Position numbers and translations under genes: made by a program. This document shows positions 1 to 12,584 of a stretch of 64,000 nt of DNA, in pieces; positions within the stretch are counted from its first letter, which is position 1, and each line of letters opens with the position of its first letter. The stretch spans positions 372,001-436,000 of the forward strand of contig NIVC01000307.1 of NCBI GenBank assembly GCA_002269645.1, written 5' to 3'. Origin of the DNA: Macrostomum lignano (taxonomy: Eukaryota). The notes under the pieces were generated by a model that saw only the letters and a list, made by a program, of their open reading frames with translations, was not told the origin of the DNA and did not search any database.

Positions 1-704
1 ATGATTAGCACCCTACATACACCTGTGACACTAAGATTATCCATGCAAATGAGACAGGATTAGCACCCTACATACATCTGTGACACTAAGATTATCTATG
101 CAAATGAGACAGGATTAGCACCCCATACACCTGTGACACTAAGATTATCCATGCAAATGAGACATGATTAGCACCCTACATACACCTGTGACACTAAGAT
201 TATCCATGCAAATGAGACAGGACTAGCACCCTATACACCTGTGACACTAAGATTATCCATGCAAATGAGACAGGACTAGCACCCCATACACCTGTGACAC
301 TAAGATTATCCATGCAAATGAGACAGGATTAGCACCCAAAACACCTGTAGCACTAAGATTATCCATGCAAATGAGACAGGATTAGCACCCTACATACATC
401 TGTGACACTAAGATTATCCATGCAAATGAGACATGATTAGCACCCTACATACACCTGTGACACTAAGATTATCCATGCAAATGAGACAGGATTAGCACCC
501 TACATACATCTGTGACACTAAGATTATCCATGCAAATGAGACATGATTAGCACCCTATATACATCTGTGACACTAAGATTATCTATGCAAATGAGACAGG
601 ATTAGCACCCTACATACATCTGTGACACTAAGATTATCTATGCAAATGAGACAGGATTAGCACCCCATACACCTGTGACACTAAGATTATCTATGCAAAT
701 GAGA
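1..704. repeat. Minisatellite, 53-55 bp unit (ATTAGCACCCTACATACACCTGTGACACTAAGATTATCCATGCAAATGAGACAGG), about 13 copies, in UPRT intron; runs off window start
   Basis: Tandem near-identical units read directly; most variants are C/T transitions (CCATG/CTATG, CACCTG/CATCTG). Confidence 0.95.
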
Positions 705-775
705 CCACAAATGCCACAGCTCTCACAGCAACGCAAACTCAACAGCAATCCTACATACTAATAAGTATTTCCTAC

Positions 776-1255
776 CTTTCCAATTCGAATGGCCCTACAG
801 CAGTCTCGCAGACCCTTCTCCATCGCTTCGCCAGAACGCATAACGCTGACGCCGCAGTTGCCGCGAGTGTACCTGAGACCATCGTACTTATGACCTCCAG
901 GTGTCACTACGGACAATGGCTCGTATGGCAAGCAATTAAGCGCCTCTTCTACTACTAATCGGATTAACCTATCGGCGTAAAACACAAAATCCGATCTGCT
1001 GGTGTCTTTATCTCGGAGCAGGGTGTGCAGTTCTTTCAGTTGGCTAGTGGCCCGGAGTACTCGAATATTGCCAACACTGCCAACTGGCTCAAGCGTGCTA
1101 CCGCTGCCATTGATGCTCAAAGCAGTGTCGGGTACATCTGTGGCCGAGTCTCCACTGCCACCATTAGACAGGATTTGCTCATGCTGCTGCCGCTGCTGTA
1201 ACTTTTTAGCCTTGCCTATGCCGCCTAACTGAGTCGTGCTAACTATCTCAGACAT
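776..1255 (-). CDS. UPRT: Uracil phosphoribosyltransferase homolog, first coding exon; gene continues off the window start
   Basis: Translation ELHTLLRDKDTSRSDFVFYADRLIRLVVEEALNCLPY...GNCGVSVMRSGEAMEKGLRDCCRAIRIGK matches animal UPRT; ATG at 1255; phase-0 donor AAG|GTAGG at 775. Confidence 0.93.
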
Positions 1256-2286
1256 TGGGGTGATCAATAAGTTTTAATTATTGTCTGACAGTTGGCCAGT
1301 GCCTTTATAACACTGGTAAGTGTAGAAATAGCAGAAATTTTGATGGCCACAAATTATAAGTGACATATCAACAATTAGTATAAAGGGTTCATATAGAATT
1401 TTATGCATAGTAAGTGCATGTGTTATCTCATATCATGAAATATTCTTACCTAATGTATAGGAATACATGTATAGAGGTTGGACAAGATTAACTTTTTTGG
1501 GATCAAGGCAATATTGAGATCCCAATTATTGCCAAGAATCAAGATTCTAGAATATTAAAGACCACTTAAACATACACAAATCTTTAATTACAAAGGCCAC
1601 CTTCTTGACTGACAATAGGTGCTTATAGATGTAATTAGCATGTTAAAATATCTTGGGGTAGGCTTTTATCTGCATATATGGGAGTTATGGTTTCCTATGC
1701 ATATGGTATGACTTTTTAAGACCTTCTAAAATCTAATAATTTTAACCAAAAATAGCATTTTGAGAGTATATCTGACATAAAAACCCTATTTCCTATACCA
1801 TGGTAGTTGGTTTTAAGTAAAATTATGCTAAAATAAGCTAACATGCTAAAATGAGTTAAAATTTAAGATTTAGAACCTAAGGTTTTAGAAGTCTAAATTT
1901 TGATCTTGCACTTTATATCAATCATATTATGGTATACACTAAAAGAAAAAATAAACTTATAATTTATGGAACCCATTAGGCTAGGGCCTACACCTAGTTG
2001 CACATCAAAACTAATTCAATAAAAGATGAGTTTTACAAATTCAAAGACAAATACATTTTTGAATAATCGATTTTTTTCATTTTATTGTAATAATGATATA
2101 ATAAAGTATAAATATCTAATTAATTTTATACTAAAATATGCATATGCTAGAATAAATTCTTAGGGGCAACCTAACAATCTAGATATACTATCAATATCTA
2201 TTTCCACATTGGTTAACCAAAAAATTGGTTAGACAAAGACAAAGATGGCTAGTTTTATTTGGAATATTTTAGCATTTTTTCTTATA

Positions 2287-2414
2287 CAATTTGACCCATG
2301 ATATAAATAGGATCCTAGTAGAATATTATACTATCTGGGTTTTTTGACAATTTGACAATTTGACCTATGATATAAATAGGATCCTAGTAGAATATCATAC
2401 TATCTGGGTTTTTT
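2287..2414. repeat. Two-copy tandem duplication of about 58 bp (period 69)
   Basis: CAATTTGACC(C/T)ATGATATAAATAGGATCCTAGTAGAATAT(T/C)ATACTATCTGGGTTTTT at 2287 and 2356. Confidence 0.9.
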
Positions 2415-5400
2415 TGCCAGAGGCAAGGTACAATATTATACTTTATACCCAATTTCAAGGTGCAATTTTAAGGCTCATAGTGCAATTTATCTTACTTTAA
2501 GAAACTAGGAATATAGATGTCTAAAAAGCCTTTTGTGTCCAAAGAATTCCTTGAACTCTTGTCTTTTTTTTCAGATTGAATGCAAATCTCTTTTTTAATT
2601 GTAGAAAACAATTTCAAAATTTAGTAGGTATATGCACTCTATACACAAAATAAATAGTATATAATAAGGTATATAGCTTATAGGCAAGAATTTTCTTATA
2701 TGCTTTGCCTAGTAGGCTCACTTTGCCAGGCATATAATCTAATATGCATAAATGTATGGGTATATACCTTTGTCCTTGTTGTATATTCTGATATAAATCA
2801 GAAGGGGCCTACATAGGGGTTTATACTTTAGTGTGCAAAATTATTATAGAAATAAAAATGGTAAAATCAATGATAATAATTAAATAATGAGCTTTAAAGA
2901 AGAAGCAAAACTAATTTTGATATAGATAAATGTTGCTTTAACTAGATAATTGCATATATAAAACCTCAACACTGCATTGCCTATTTATTAGAAACTGCAA
3001 GGCCATGGCCAATTGAACTAAGGAGGTTTTTTTACAAATAGTGATTACCATTAATAAAAGAAATTTTTTTGTGTAAAATGGTTTACTAATGTTAAAAAAG
3101 ACAAAAAAAGTTTAGGTAAAAATTGAAAGCCCTAGTCTAAAGCTTAGGTCTTAAGGAACCTTCACTTTAAATATTTTGTTTTTTTTGTTAGTACATTTAA
3201 GATTTATATGTGCATTATAACAAAATAAGTGTCATATATATCACTCTTACAAAAACTTTTCTAATTCTTTTGATACCTAAATTCTTTTAAAAAATTATCA
3301 TAGGGCCTATTCATCATTCAATTAATATTTTTATTTTTTGTTTACATTCTTGTTATCTTTCAACTAATTAGACCCCTTTTTCTTTAAAGTGTTTTATCTT
3401 TTGTTATAGAAACTGAAGGATACTTATACCTATTTTCAAATTGCTTTTTATACTACTTTTGTTTGCCAAATATAACTTTTTTTTAAGATTCAAGCATACC
3501 AAATATGCATACCAATGAGCTATGAAGGGCTAGGGATAATGCACACTAGAATTTTCTATAATATACTCATTAAAAAATTAAAAATTAAAATTAAAATTAA
3601 AATTAAAAATTAAATTAAAAATATTAGTTTTTGATGCATATATACACTGATATGTTAGGCAGTGCCAAAACTTTCATTTTGTTTAGCTTAGCACCTGCCA
3701 CTTTCCTGGGTATACCTGATGACAATATAAGGTTTTATAATCTAAAGAGAACCTACTAAAATAAACAATAATCTCTAACAAGATCATATATGTGCAACCT
3801 TGGGAATCACTCAGCCATTTCTATTGGCAACACATACATGTAAGTTGCTATTGGCTAAGAGCAGTCACTTGACTATTATTTTGTCCAATAGCGACTTACA
3901 TGTGTGTGTTGCTTAGACTCCAGATGGTATACATGTAGGCCAGAAAATTCCAGCATACAAAGGGACCTATAGTATACCATTTGCGCACAACTTGGTGTGC
4001 AGAGGGGCCTGGCATGCCCTCTTGGCGTAGGCCTACAGCTTGGCATATAAAAATTGTTGAGATAGCAGGTAGAACCAAAAGTTCTAAGTCCCTATCAATC
4101 TATACAATTAGTATACAAAAATGATTACGTTTACATTTGGTATAGTCTCCATATACATATAGTTACAATAGCTAAATTTTGACCAGAAAGAATAGCCAGC
4201 CTTTTACAAAAAAAACAGATTCAAATTAAATTTAAAAACCCAGATTCAACTTTTCTAAGAAGTTAGAAGTCAAACAAAAATAGTAAAAATGAACTACTTC
4301 TATACAGTTTAGTAAAAAAATTACCTGTTTAAATATATTGATTTTTTAAATATCAAAATTTTGCATTGGTGTGCATGAGCTATAGAAGCAGTTTTTGTTC
4401 CAGTGTACAGCAGTACACGATACTGACCCCTAAGATGGAATTCTTGCACAAAAGTTGTTACGAGTTTGTGCACGCTTGTCAAATTTGTATACACTTGCAC
4501 GCTGAAAAGGAGCTTACTTGCATACTCTTGACAAGTGTGCGTGCTCCATTGTATGCAGTTGCGCAAGAAGCTGTTTGCTGTAGAATCACAGATAGGATTT
4601 GACTTTTACATGCATTTAACATGGTTACCTGCCATGTGGCATATGCACACTCAAGTTTTCCTACTTTTTATAGTCCGGAAGGTTGTTTTTTTACACCAAA
4701 AAATTTCAAATAAAAGTAAAACAAGGAATAATAGTTTTTAGCAAAAACAGTTACTTTAAAGTTTAATAAGACTCTTATACTTTTTAAAGATTTTTTCTCA
4801 AAAAATAGTGTTCAAGCTACTTTACACTTAAAGTACAATTTTTAAATTTATGTTGGCTAGAATTCAAAAACTAGAAAAATGAAATTTCATTTTTTGTGCA
4901 TGGGCCATGCTTTGCATTATGACTTATTTTTATAGCTGGCACGCACGCTTGCACACTGCTCCAAAAATGTGTGCGCATGTTTTTTTACCCTTGAGCAAGA
5001 ATTCCATCCTGGCCTGACCCTGGTGTGTTGCCAATAAAATGGCCGGGTGAATCCCTAGGACTAGGTTGTGCCCAAGCATGAACAAGATTATTATCATATT
5101 AATAAGGGATATATACAAATTTAGTGATAGACAATTTATTAGGCAACAGAAATTTAACATAAAAAATTGGCAAAGAAAACTTGGCTACAATCTTGGGAAA
5201 TTTAGCAACAAGTCTTTATGTCTAATTTATTGATTGCAACCAAGGCTTCAGATATAGCCATCTATCAAACAAAATCCTTGTTATATCTTTGGTAAATAAT
5301 TAACATATTACTTAACCTGTCTGTTGCCAAATTATTCTGTTGCCAGATTTGCTTTTGCCAAATTTAGTTAGGCCCTAATACTTATTTGATAGGATTCTTT

Positions 5401-7059
5401 TTACAGAGAATTTATAATGCATAGCAGCTATCTATATTAGTGTTATGTTATAATTGCATATATAATAGCCAACAGATGGGCAATATAGCAAATTGGACTA
5501 TTTCCCTTAAATCCATGCATTGCTACAAACTGAACCTAATTTAATAATTTCTTACTTGTTTTATCCTACATTTGACATACAATATAGTCTCAATTCATTG
5601 CTATTTTTTGTTAGGGTCCTAAATTGAATATTAGGCCTAGGGCCTACTTCCCAATATTTTGAATAGTATATGACAATTAGATATATACATACAAGATTCA
5701 GCTATCGTGCATGCAATTAAAACAGTCACTAGGTAGACAACTGCTGTGTTGAGATCTATCAATACCAAGCTAGGCTAGAAATATAAATTATCTATGACTA
5801 TAGCCTACTATAGGCTTAATATTTTCCATGTTGTGCCAGATAGGTCAACTTTGATAATTTGATACTCAACAGCCGACAACAATACTAGTGCCTACTAAAA
5901 GTACAATTATGGTTGCAGGCAGCCTTAGGGGAAGTTAGGCTTAGCCTTGCAGGCAGGGCTAACTGGCCTGGCTAGGCCTGTATTAAATTTCTTAGACCTG
6001 AAAAGCAGGAAGTACAAGAAGGGGTGTAGGACCAAGACCGCCACACACCAAGACCGCCACACTTGGGGGAGCTAGGGGGGAGGAATTTGGCTCGTCATGT
6101 TATTGGATGGTGCTGGGGAGGGGTGAGATGGGGACGACAAGGCCGCGAGAGAGGAACCGGTGAGTGAGCGGGCCGGGTGGGTGCGAGACCGTGAGTGAGC
6201 CCTCGTTTTTTTCATTCAATTTGAATTGTAAAGGAACTATCAATCCTAAATAAACAGCTACTTTTAGTAGAAAGCTGTGAAAAAAGGCTCTTGACTTAAC
6301 TACATTCTTAATTCGCAGTTTTGAGTGTGGTCCTTGAGTTGGTTGTCATTGTTATAATTTGTTATAATGTTAGTTTTCATGTGTGATTCGAGCATGTTCG
6401 ATTGCCAATGTGCCATTGGTGAGTCGTGCAGCCATACCGTTTTTATTACGTGTACATGTACAGGCTTCCTATAAAACGACACTCAAGTAGTCCGTGATAA
6501 GTACTATCTGGGCCTCGATCGAGTTGTACCGAGGCCTGGTAAGCAGCTTTCATATACTCACTTTTGAATCACTCAATCACTATATAACTCACTCACTCTC
6601 TCACCCTCTCATTTAGCTCACTCGCACACATGATCACTCACTCAAAAGTTACTGTGATCGCTCTTAATACAATCAAAATGTATGGCACGAAAATGCATGT
6701 ACATCACATGTACATGTAATCGTTTACTTTGATTTCGGATGTTCTCCCTGTTCATTAAAAAATACGTTCTAAAACTATTTGAACGTATAATAGCTATAAA
6801 TGTACATTTGTACATCACATTGGGTACCAGTAGTATACTCGTGCTTGTACGCCGTTCTGACCATACAACAGCCGGACAGTATGTCGCTACACTACTTGCT
6901 TTTAATTTACCATGCAATCAATTGGCAATGATCGACCTGGTATACAGTATGCGCATTGTGTGATAGATACAGGTACATGTATATCCATGCTCTGTACAGC
7001 TAAATTGGATTAGGAAATAATCTCTCGAGGTCTCTCTTTAATTATCTCACACTGTCTCC

Positions 7060-7712
7060 TCTCTCACCCTCCCTCCACTCTCACCCTCTCTCCACTCTCA
7101 GCCTCTCTCCACTTTCAGTCTCTCTTTACTTTCAGCCTCTCTCCACTTTCAGCCTCTCTTTACTCTCACCCTCTACTCTCAGTCTCTTTCAACTCTCACC
7201 CTCTCTCCACTCTCATCCTCTCTTCACTCAGTCTCTTTCAACTCTCAGCATCTGTCCACTCTTACCCTCTACGGCTACTCTCAACCTCTCTCCATTTTCG
7301 GCCTCTCTTCACTCTCAGTCTCTTTCAACTCTCACCCTCTCTCCACTCTCACCCTCTACTCTCAGTCTCTTTCAACTCTCACCCTCTCTCCACTCTCATC
7401 CTCTCTTCACTCAGTCTCTTTCAACTCTCAGCATCTGTCCACTCTTACCCTCTACGGCTACTCTCAACCTCTCTCCACTTTCGGCCTCTCTTCACTCTCA
7501 GTCTCTTTCAACTCTCACCCTCTCTCCACTCTCACCCTCTACTCTCAGTCTCTTTCAACTCTCAGCCTCTCTTTACTCTCACCCTCTACTCTCAGTCTCT
7601 TTCAACTCTCACTCTCTCTCCACTCTCACCCTCTCTCCACTCTCACCCTCTCTCCACTCTCACCCTCTCTCCACTCTCACCCTCTCTCCACTCTCACCCT
7701 CTCTCCACTCTC
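7060..7712. repeat. CT-rich low-complexity array (CTCTCACCCTCTCTCCACT-like units) inside the MULE
   Basis: Direct reading; polypyrimidine on the + strand. Confidence 0.9.
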
Positions 7713-7721
7713 CGAGAAACA

Positions 7722-7995
7722 ATGGGTGAGAAACAGTGGGTGAAACATTGGGTGAAACAGTGGGTGAAACAGTGGGTGAAACATTGGGTGAAACAGTGGG
7801 TGAAACAGTGGGTGAAACATTGGGTGAAGCAGTGGGTGAAACAGTGGGTGAAACAGTGGGTGAAACATTGGGTGAAACAGTGGGTGAAACAGTGGGTGAA
7901 ACAGTGGGTGAAACAGTGGGTGAAACAGTGGGTGAAACAGTGGGTGAAACAGTGGGTGAAACAGTGGGTGAAACATTGGGTGAAACAGTGGGTAA
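7722..7995. repeat. 12-bp tandem repeat GTGGGTGAAACA, about 22 copies
   Basis: Direct reading; explains the artefactual VKQW/SPTV ORFs. Confidence 0.95.
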
Positions 7996-8240
7996 GAAAC
8001 AGTGATTTTTTACCATAAAATTTATTTTTGGCAGTGGATTGATCGCTCTTCCAAAAATTCCAGAACTCTCATTGGCTGGGCGCTCATCAAATAGCAGTTA
8101 TCCCCCCCCACTGATACGGGCCCCGAATTTTGAATTTTCTGTTTATGTATAACTGTATTAGATTAGCATATCTATATAATAAAAAACTGGTTTTCTGATA
8201 TCGGAGCTTAAATAGTTTTTGATCAAGAAATATCATTAAA

Positions 8241-10098
8241 ATGGCAGGTGCATACCCATGTGTAGTGTGTGTGCAGCCTGTTGTCAATGGAGAGGAAGCT
8301 ATTGAGTGCTCGCAGTGTAGCGAATGGCAGCATCGTGCGTGTAACAGTCGCGTAACGCCAGAGCAGTACGCTGCGATGAAACGTGTACGCGAGTTTTTCT
8401 GGCTGTGCAACCGATGCCTTAGGCCAACTACAGGTGCGCCTTCATCTGCACAATCAGCTGCCCCAGCAGCTACTGTGCCGCCAACCTTTTCAGGATCAGG
8501 ACCAGGTGGTGAGCCTATTGACCAAGAGGAGCCATTGCTTCCAGTCCCTCATGTAGAAGTGGAAGAGAGGTTTTTATTTCAGTATCCCGATTTCGCTGAC
8601 GCTGAACCTGTGCTCGAAGAATCCATTCACCAGCCTCCAGCAGAGTTGGCGCCGCCTCGTAGCCCACCTCCGCAGGCTTTTGAGCATTTTCCAGGTGCTG
8701 GATTCAGCCACGGCAAAGACTTGCTGGTGCAGTACGTCAGGCGTGATCTTGGCCGCTTGATGCATGTCAAGAGCCGGCGAAACGGCAACACTTACTACCG
8801 TTGCAACAAAACTGCACCGAAATGCCTGGGCTCAGCCGTCAAGCGACAAGACGGAACCATTGAAGCCTTGAAAGAGCACACCTGCGATCCAGTCGATCAG
8901 CCAGTTAAAAAACGACGTATTGCAGCTCAGGTAAAAGCGGAAGCAAAGCGAGCGCCATTCAAATCTGCTCGCATCATCGCTGAGGAGAAAGTAAGAGACC
9001 TCCCCCAAGAAGTGCAGGCAGTGATTAATATAGATTCCTTAAGTCGCAATGCTAATTATTCTCGTAAAAAAGCCGCCCCGCGGAGCCAGCTAACATCCAT
9101 TTTCAGGTTGATCCCGAGCACGTGCCCCCAGAGTTCCATTTGCAGGACGTTACTGTGCCAGAGACAAACGGACGGCACTTTGTCTTCATGTCTGCGACAC
9201 AACGGGAGATCCTGTCCACACGACGCATTCTGCACTGCGATGGCACATTCGGAATTGTCAAGGCGCCTTTCATGCAGCTGTACAGCCTTCATGGAGCCAT
9301 TCGCTGCGACAATCAAGAGCGTCTGGTACCACTGGCATTCTTTCTGATGTCAGGTAAGGCTCAGGCTGACTACCTGCTTCCGGCAGGTATGGGAGTTGAC
9401 TGGTAATGCACCTGTCCAATTTATCTGCGACTTTGAGTCGGCCGCCTGGCAAGCCATTCGGCTAGTTTATCCAGCAGCCCAAGTTCGTGGCTGCTTTTTT
9501 CATTACTGCCAGGCTGTTTTCAGGCGAGTCCAGTCTCTTGGATTGCAGGTGCAGTATGCGACTTCCCCTGCGGTAAAGTTATTAGTACGCATGCTGCTTT
9601 CAATTCCTTGTCTGCCGGCTCCTTGCATGCTAGATGGCCTTGCAGCCTGCACTGCAATGGCAGGAGAGAATCAGCGCCTTCTAGAGCTAACGGAATACGT
9701 GCGTGCAACCTGGCTACAGCACCCTGTGTGGGACCGGGATGCCATTTGCGTCTTTGAGCGGTTTACAAGGACGAACAATGCCGTGGAGGCTTGGCACGCG
9801 CAGCTCAACAAGCGTGGAGAGAAAGCGCTCAATTTCTATCTTCTGCTGACCCTGCTTCAGCGTGATGCAGAGCGGGTGCAACGTCTGCTGCAGCAAGTTC
9901 ATCAAGGCCAAGCTGTCACGCACCACCAGCAAGTGCATGCTACGTCGTAGGTACGCGCGAGTGAATGTCAGCTTTGAGACATTCTGCCGACACCTGAGAG
10001 AGGGCACTATGTCGATTGCCGCATTTCTCCGGGCCTGCAGCCATATTCATGCGCAACCTGGATGGCAACAAGAGGGCGAGGATGATGCGCAGAATTGA
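8241..10098 (+). pseudogene. MULE DDE transposase with N-terminal PHD finger and FLYWCH-like domain, split by three frameshifts (near 9079, 9373 and 9911-9940)
   Basis: PHD: CVVC...CSQCSEWQHRAC...WLCNRC; FLYWCH-like: YYRCNKTAPKC...EHTC; MULE core: HCDGTF, ICDFE, GCFFHYCQA, RTNNAVEAWH; C-terminal RRRYARVN...AFLRACSH. Pieces lie in ORFs 8241, 9122, 9396 and 9862. Confidence 0.92.
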
Positions 10099-10242
10099 TC
10101 GCGATCTCTCCGTTTTGCCTGATTCAAGTGGCAACTTCTAATAATTAACCATTTTTTACTTAAATCGAGTTATAAATCTCATTTCATTGCTTGCTTAGCA
10201 AATAGTGCACAGGTAAAGCCATTAATTATTACCGTCTAACTA

Positions 10243-10380
10243 ATGCCATCTTTTTTCGCACGCCATTATATTCTGCACTTTTATTTCAGTCCATATGCGG
10301 CGCACAGGTAAATGCCATCTTTTTTCGCACGCCATTATATTCTGCACTTTTATTTCAGTCCATATGCGGCGCACAGGTAA
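10243..10380. repeat. Exact two-copy 69-bp tandem duplication downstream of the transposase
   Basis: ATGCCATCTTTTTTCGCACGCC...GCGGCGCACAGGTAA at 10243 and 10312. Confidence 0.9.
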
Positions 10381-12584
10381 AAAAGAAAAAATTTGCGCAT
10401 TCGCTAAATTTGCATGCATCTTATTTACTGCACCTTCAGTTTTATTTCTCTGCACCCCCTGCTGGATTGTGGAGGCGGGGGCACATTTGGCTTGTGAGCG
10501 CTAATAACAAGATCTTCAACTTTTACACCGTGCTTAAAGCGAAATGTGCTGCCAGCTCCATAGGTCATCTCGAGCCCTAACTCAATGTGGCACTTATTTA
10601 TATTTAATCTCTAATCCAAATATACTAAATCTCTAAGGTTTGTATGTTTGCTTGTCCATAACGCTCTAGTAGTATGCTAAAATTACTATATCTGCATGTA
10701 CTAATGAGGTAGAACTAGATTGCACAATCACTGTTCAAACTGCACACAGAATAGCCTGCGCAAAAAGTTCAAATTAATTTCAATACACGACCCCATCTCT
10801 GTCTGTGACCCCTCTCTACTACATCTTTGTCTCTCCTGCATCGAAGTTCTGATAGTTTAAATCAAAGCGACTTCTTTTCCAGCTTTGCATAACACTATCT
10901 GCATAAATTAGCTACTCCAGCAATAGCATATTGTCGGGCAAGGTAACAAAAATTTATCACTTTTTTAGAATGAATGCATTGACAGCTGGCTTGGTCAGCC
11001 AACTGTCTCAGGGTTGTTATTAAATCAAGATAAAAAGCAAATACTCCACCCAGTTACCACGAATAGATCGAATAGTAACAAAAAACAGCTGTACTTGACT
11101 TTTATCTCTTATAGGTTCTGACTTCATCGCTATAGCTATAGCTACATGCAACGGCCGTGCATTTTTAATACCAAGCCATAAATCTTGAACGGAACGAGGG
11201 GCGTACTCAAAAAATTTAGGGGGGGGGGGGTTGTTACGGAGAGAGGTGGCACTGGCAGACCCCGGAATTTTCCTCCCTCGACCCCTCCCCCTCTGGGTGC
11301 AACCCCTGAACTGCATGGACTCGAGTCGAGCTTAAAAAACTGTTTGTATATATAACTGTGAGTTCCAATTAACGTACTGAATTCAAGAGGAGGGCACAAA
11401 AAAGATTTGGATAGTAACGCATTTTTACGAGGGGCCGGCGTTAGTGATATAGCTATCAAATATTCCAAAATAGCTGCAGGTAATAAATATTAGTGTGATG
11501 CAATTGAATTTCCGAGCAACGTATGTGGGCGCGGCATCTATATTGTAGTTGGTGTTCCCATGTGTAGAAGTGCAACCAAGCAAGGCCCCCGGATCTGCCA
11601 AGTGCAGCATGAGCATGAGGTCATGACCTCAGAATAACATACAAACTTTGATGGGACTAAAAGTTGCATCCCAGATGGGACTATGTAAAATAAAAAAATG
11701 ATTATGCCTTTGGTCCGATCTTATGGTATTTTGCATATTTCGAACGCATGTCCGCATAGTAGCTACATGTACTACTGTACTAACAGATAAATGCAAGCAT
11801 TTTGCAAAAGTATGCAACCATTGTTTTCTCACAATTTGTTCGCAAATCTCCCTTCCATCTGCCCTATCCACTGATATCTTCAAGGTTGCAGGTTTTTTCA
11901 CCAAATTCCAGCATCTCCACCGCATGGACTCCCGAAATATAAACGGAGCGAGCAGCTTATACGAGTTTATGCCGGTGCCCTTCCCAAAGTTGATTGGCAA
12001 GATTTAGAAAAGTATGTTCTTCGCTAATATCACATCTTTCTAATATATCACATCACACCACATTACTTACGAGCGTATTTGCGAGCGGCAAGGCTACATG
12101 CAGTTTGTGCTTTACTCGTAAAAACGGCTTTGATTTCGCAAATATTTCCTTTTGCATAACGCTGAATGTGATTTCAGCTGCGGAAATTTCAAAAAATTTG
12201 ACTGCTATTGATAATTCCTGATCGGCTAGAAAAAACGTCACAGATAGAATGGATAACGTGTACATGTACATGTATCTTGCACTTATATGCACATACGTGC
12301 ATCTCACATGTATTACATGTATTACATTACATGTATCAAGAAGTTTGGTACATGTATATTTTGGAGAGATGTCAGAATGTCAGAATCAGTATTTATCGAT
12401 CAGTACCCTTTGAAAAAATGCATGTACATGTAGCTCACACTGTACCTGTGCAAAGTTGCCGCAGTGCGCGAGAGTAAACTATATTTGCATTTAAAAATCG
12501 GAGGCAAAAGATCAAATGTGTGAAAAATGCTGTAATTTGTGTATTATAGTGCCTGAAATTCAGAAATGAATTAAAAGCGCGAGA

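Noticed and set aside
7660-8018. Long ORFs with SPTV, VKQW or FHPL repeats, and similar ORFs at 12571, 18453, 41817, 42780, 47466, 49283, 50351, 51499, 59500, 60956 and 62905
   Set aside because: They are translations of stop-free tandem repeats, open in several frames and lying in introns or inside elements; there is no evidence of coding function
11250-11604. Possible MITE with CACTGGCAGA-like termini
   Set aside because: The inverted match is only about 13 bp with an indel and a mismatch, and there is no TSD
11836-12150. Coding-like frame PKYKRSEQLIRVYAGALPKVDWQDLEKYVLR
   Set aside because: No recognisable domain and it is interrupted by stops; cannot be supported without a search
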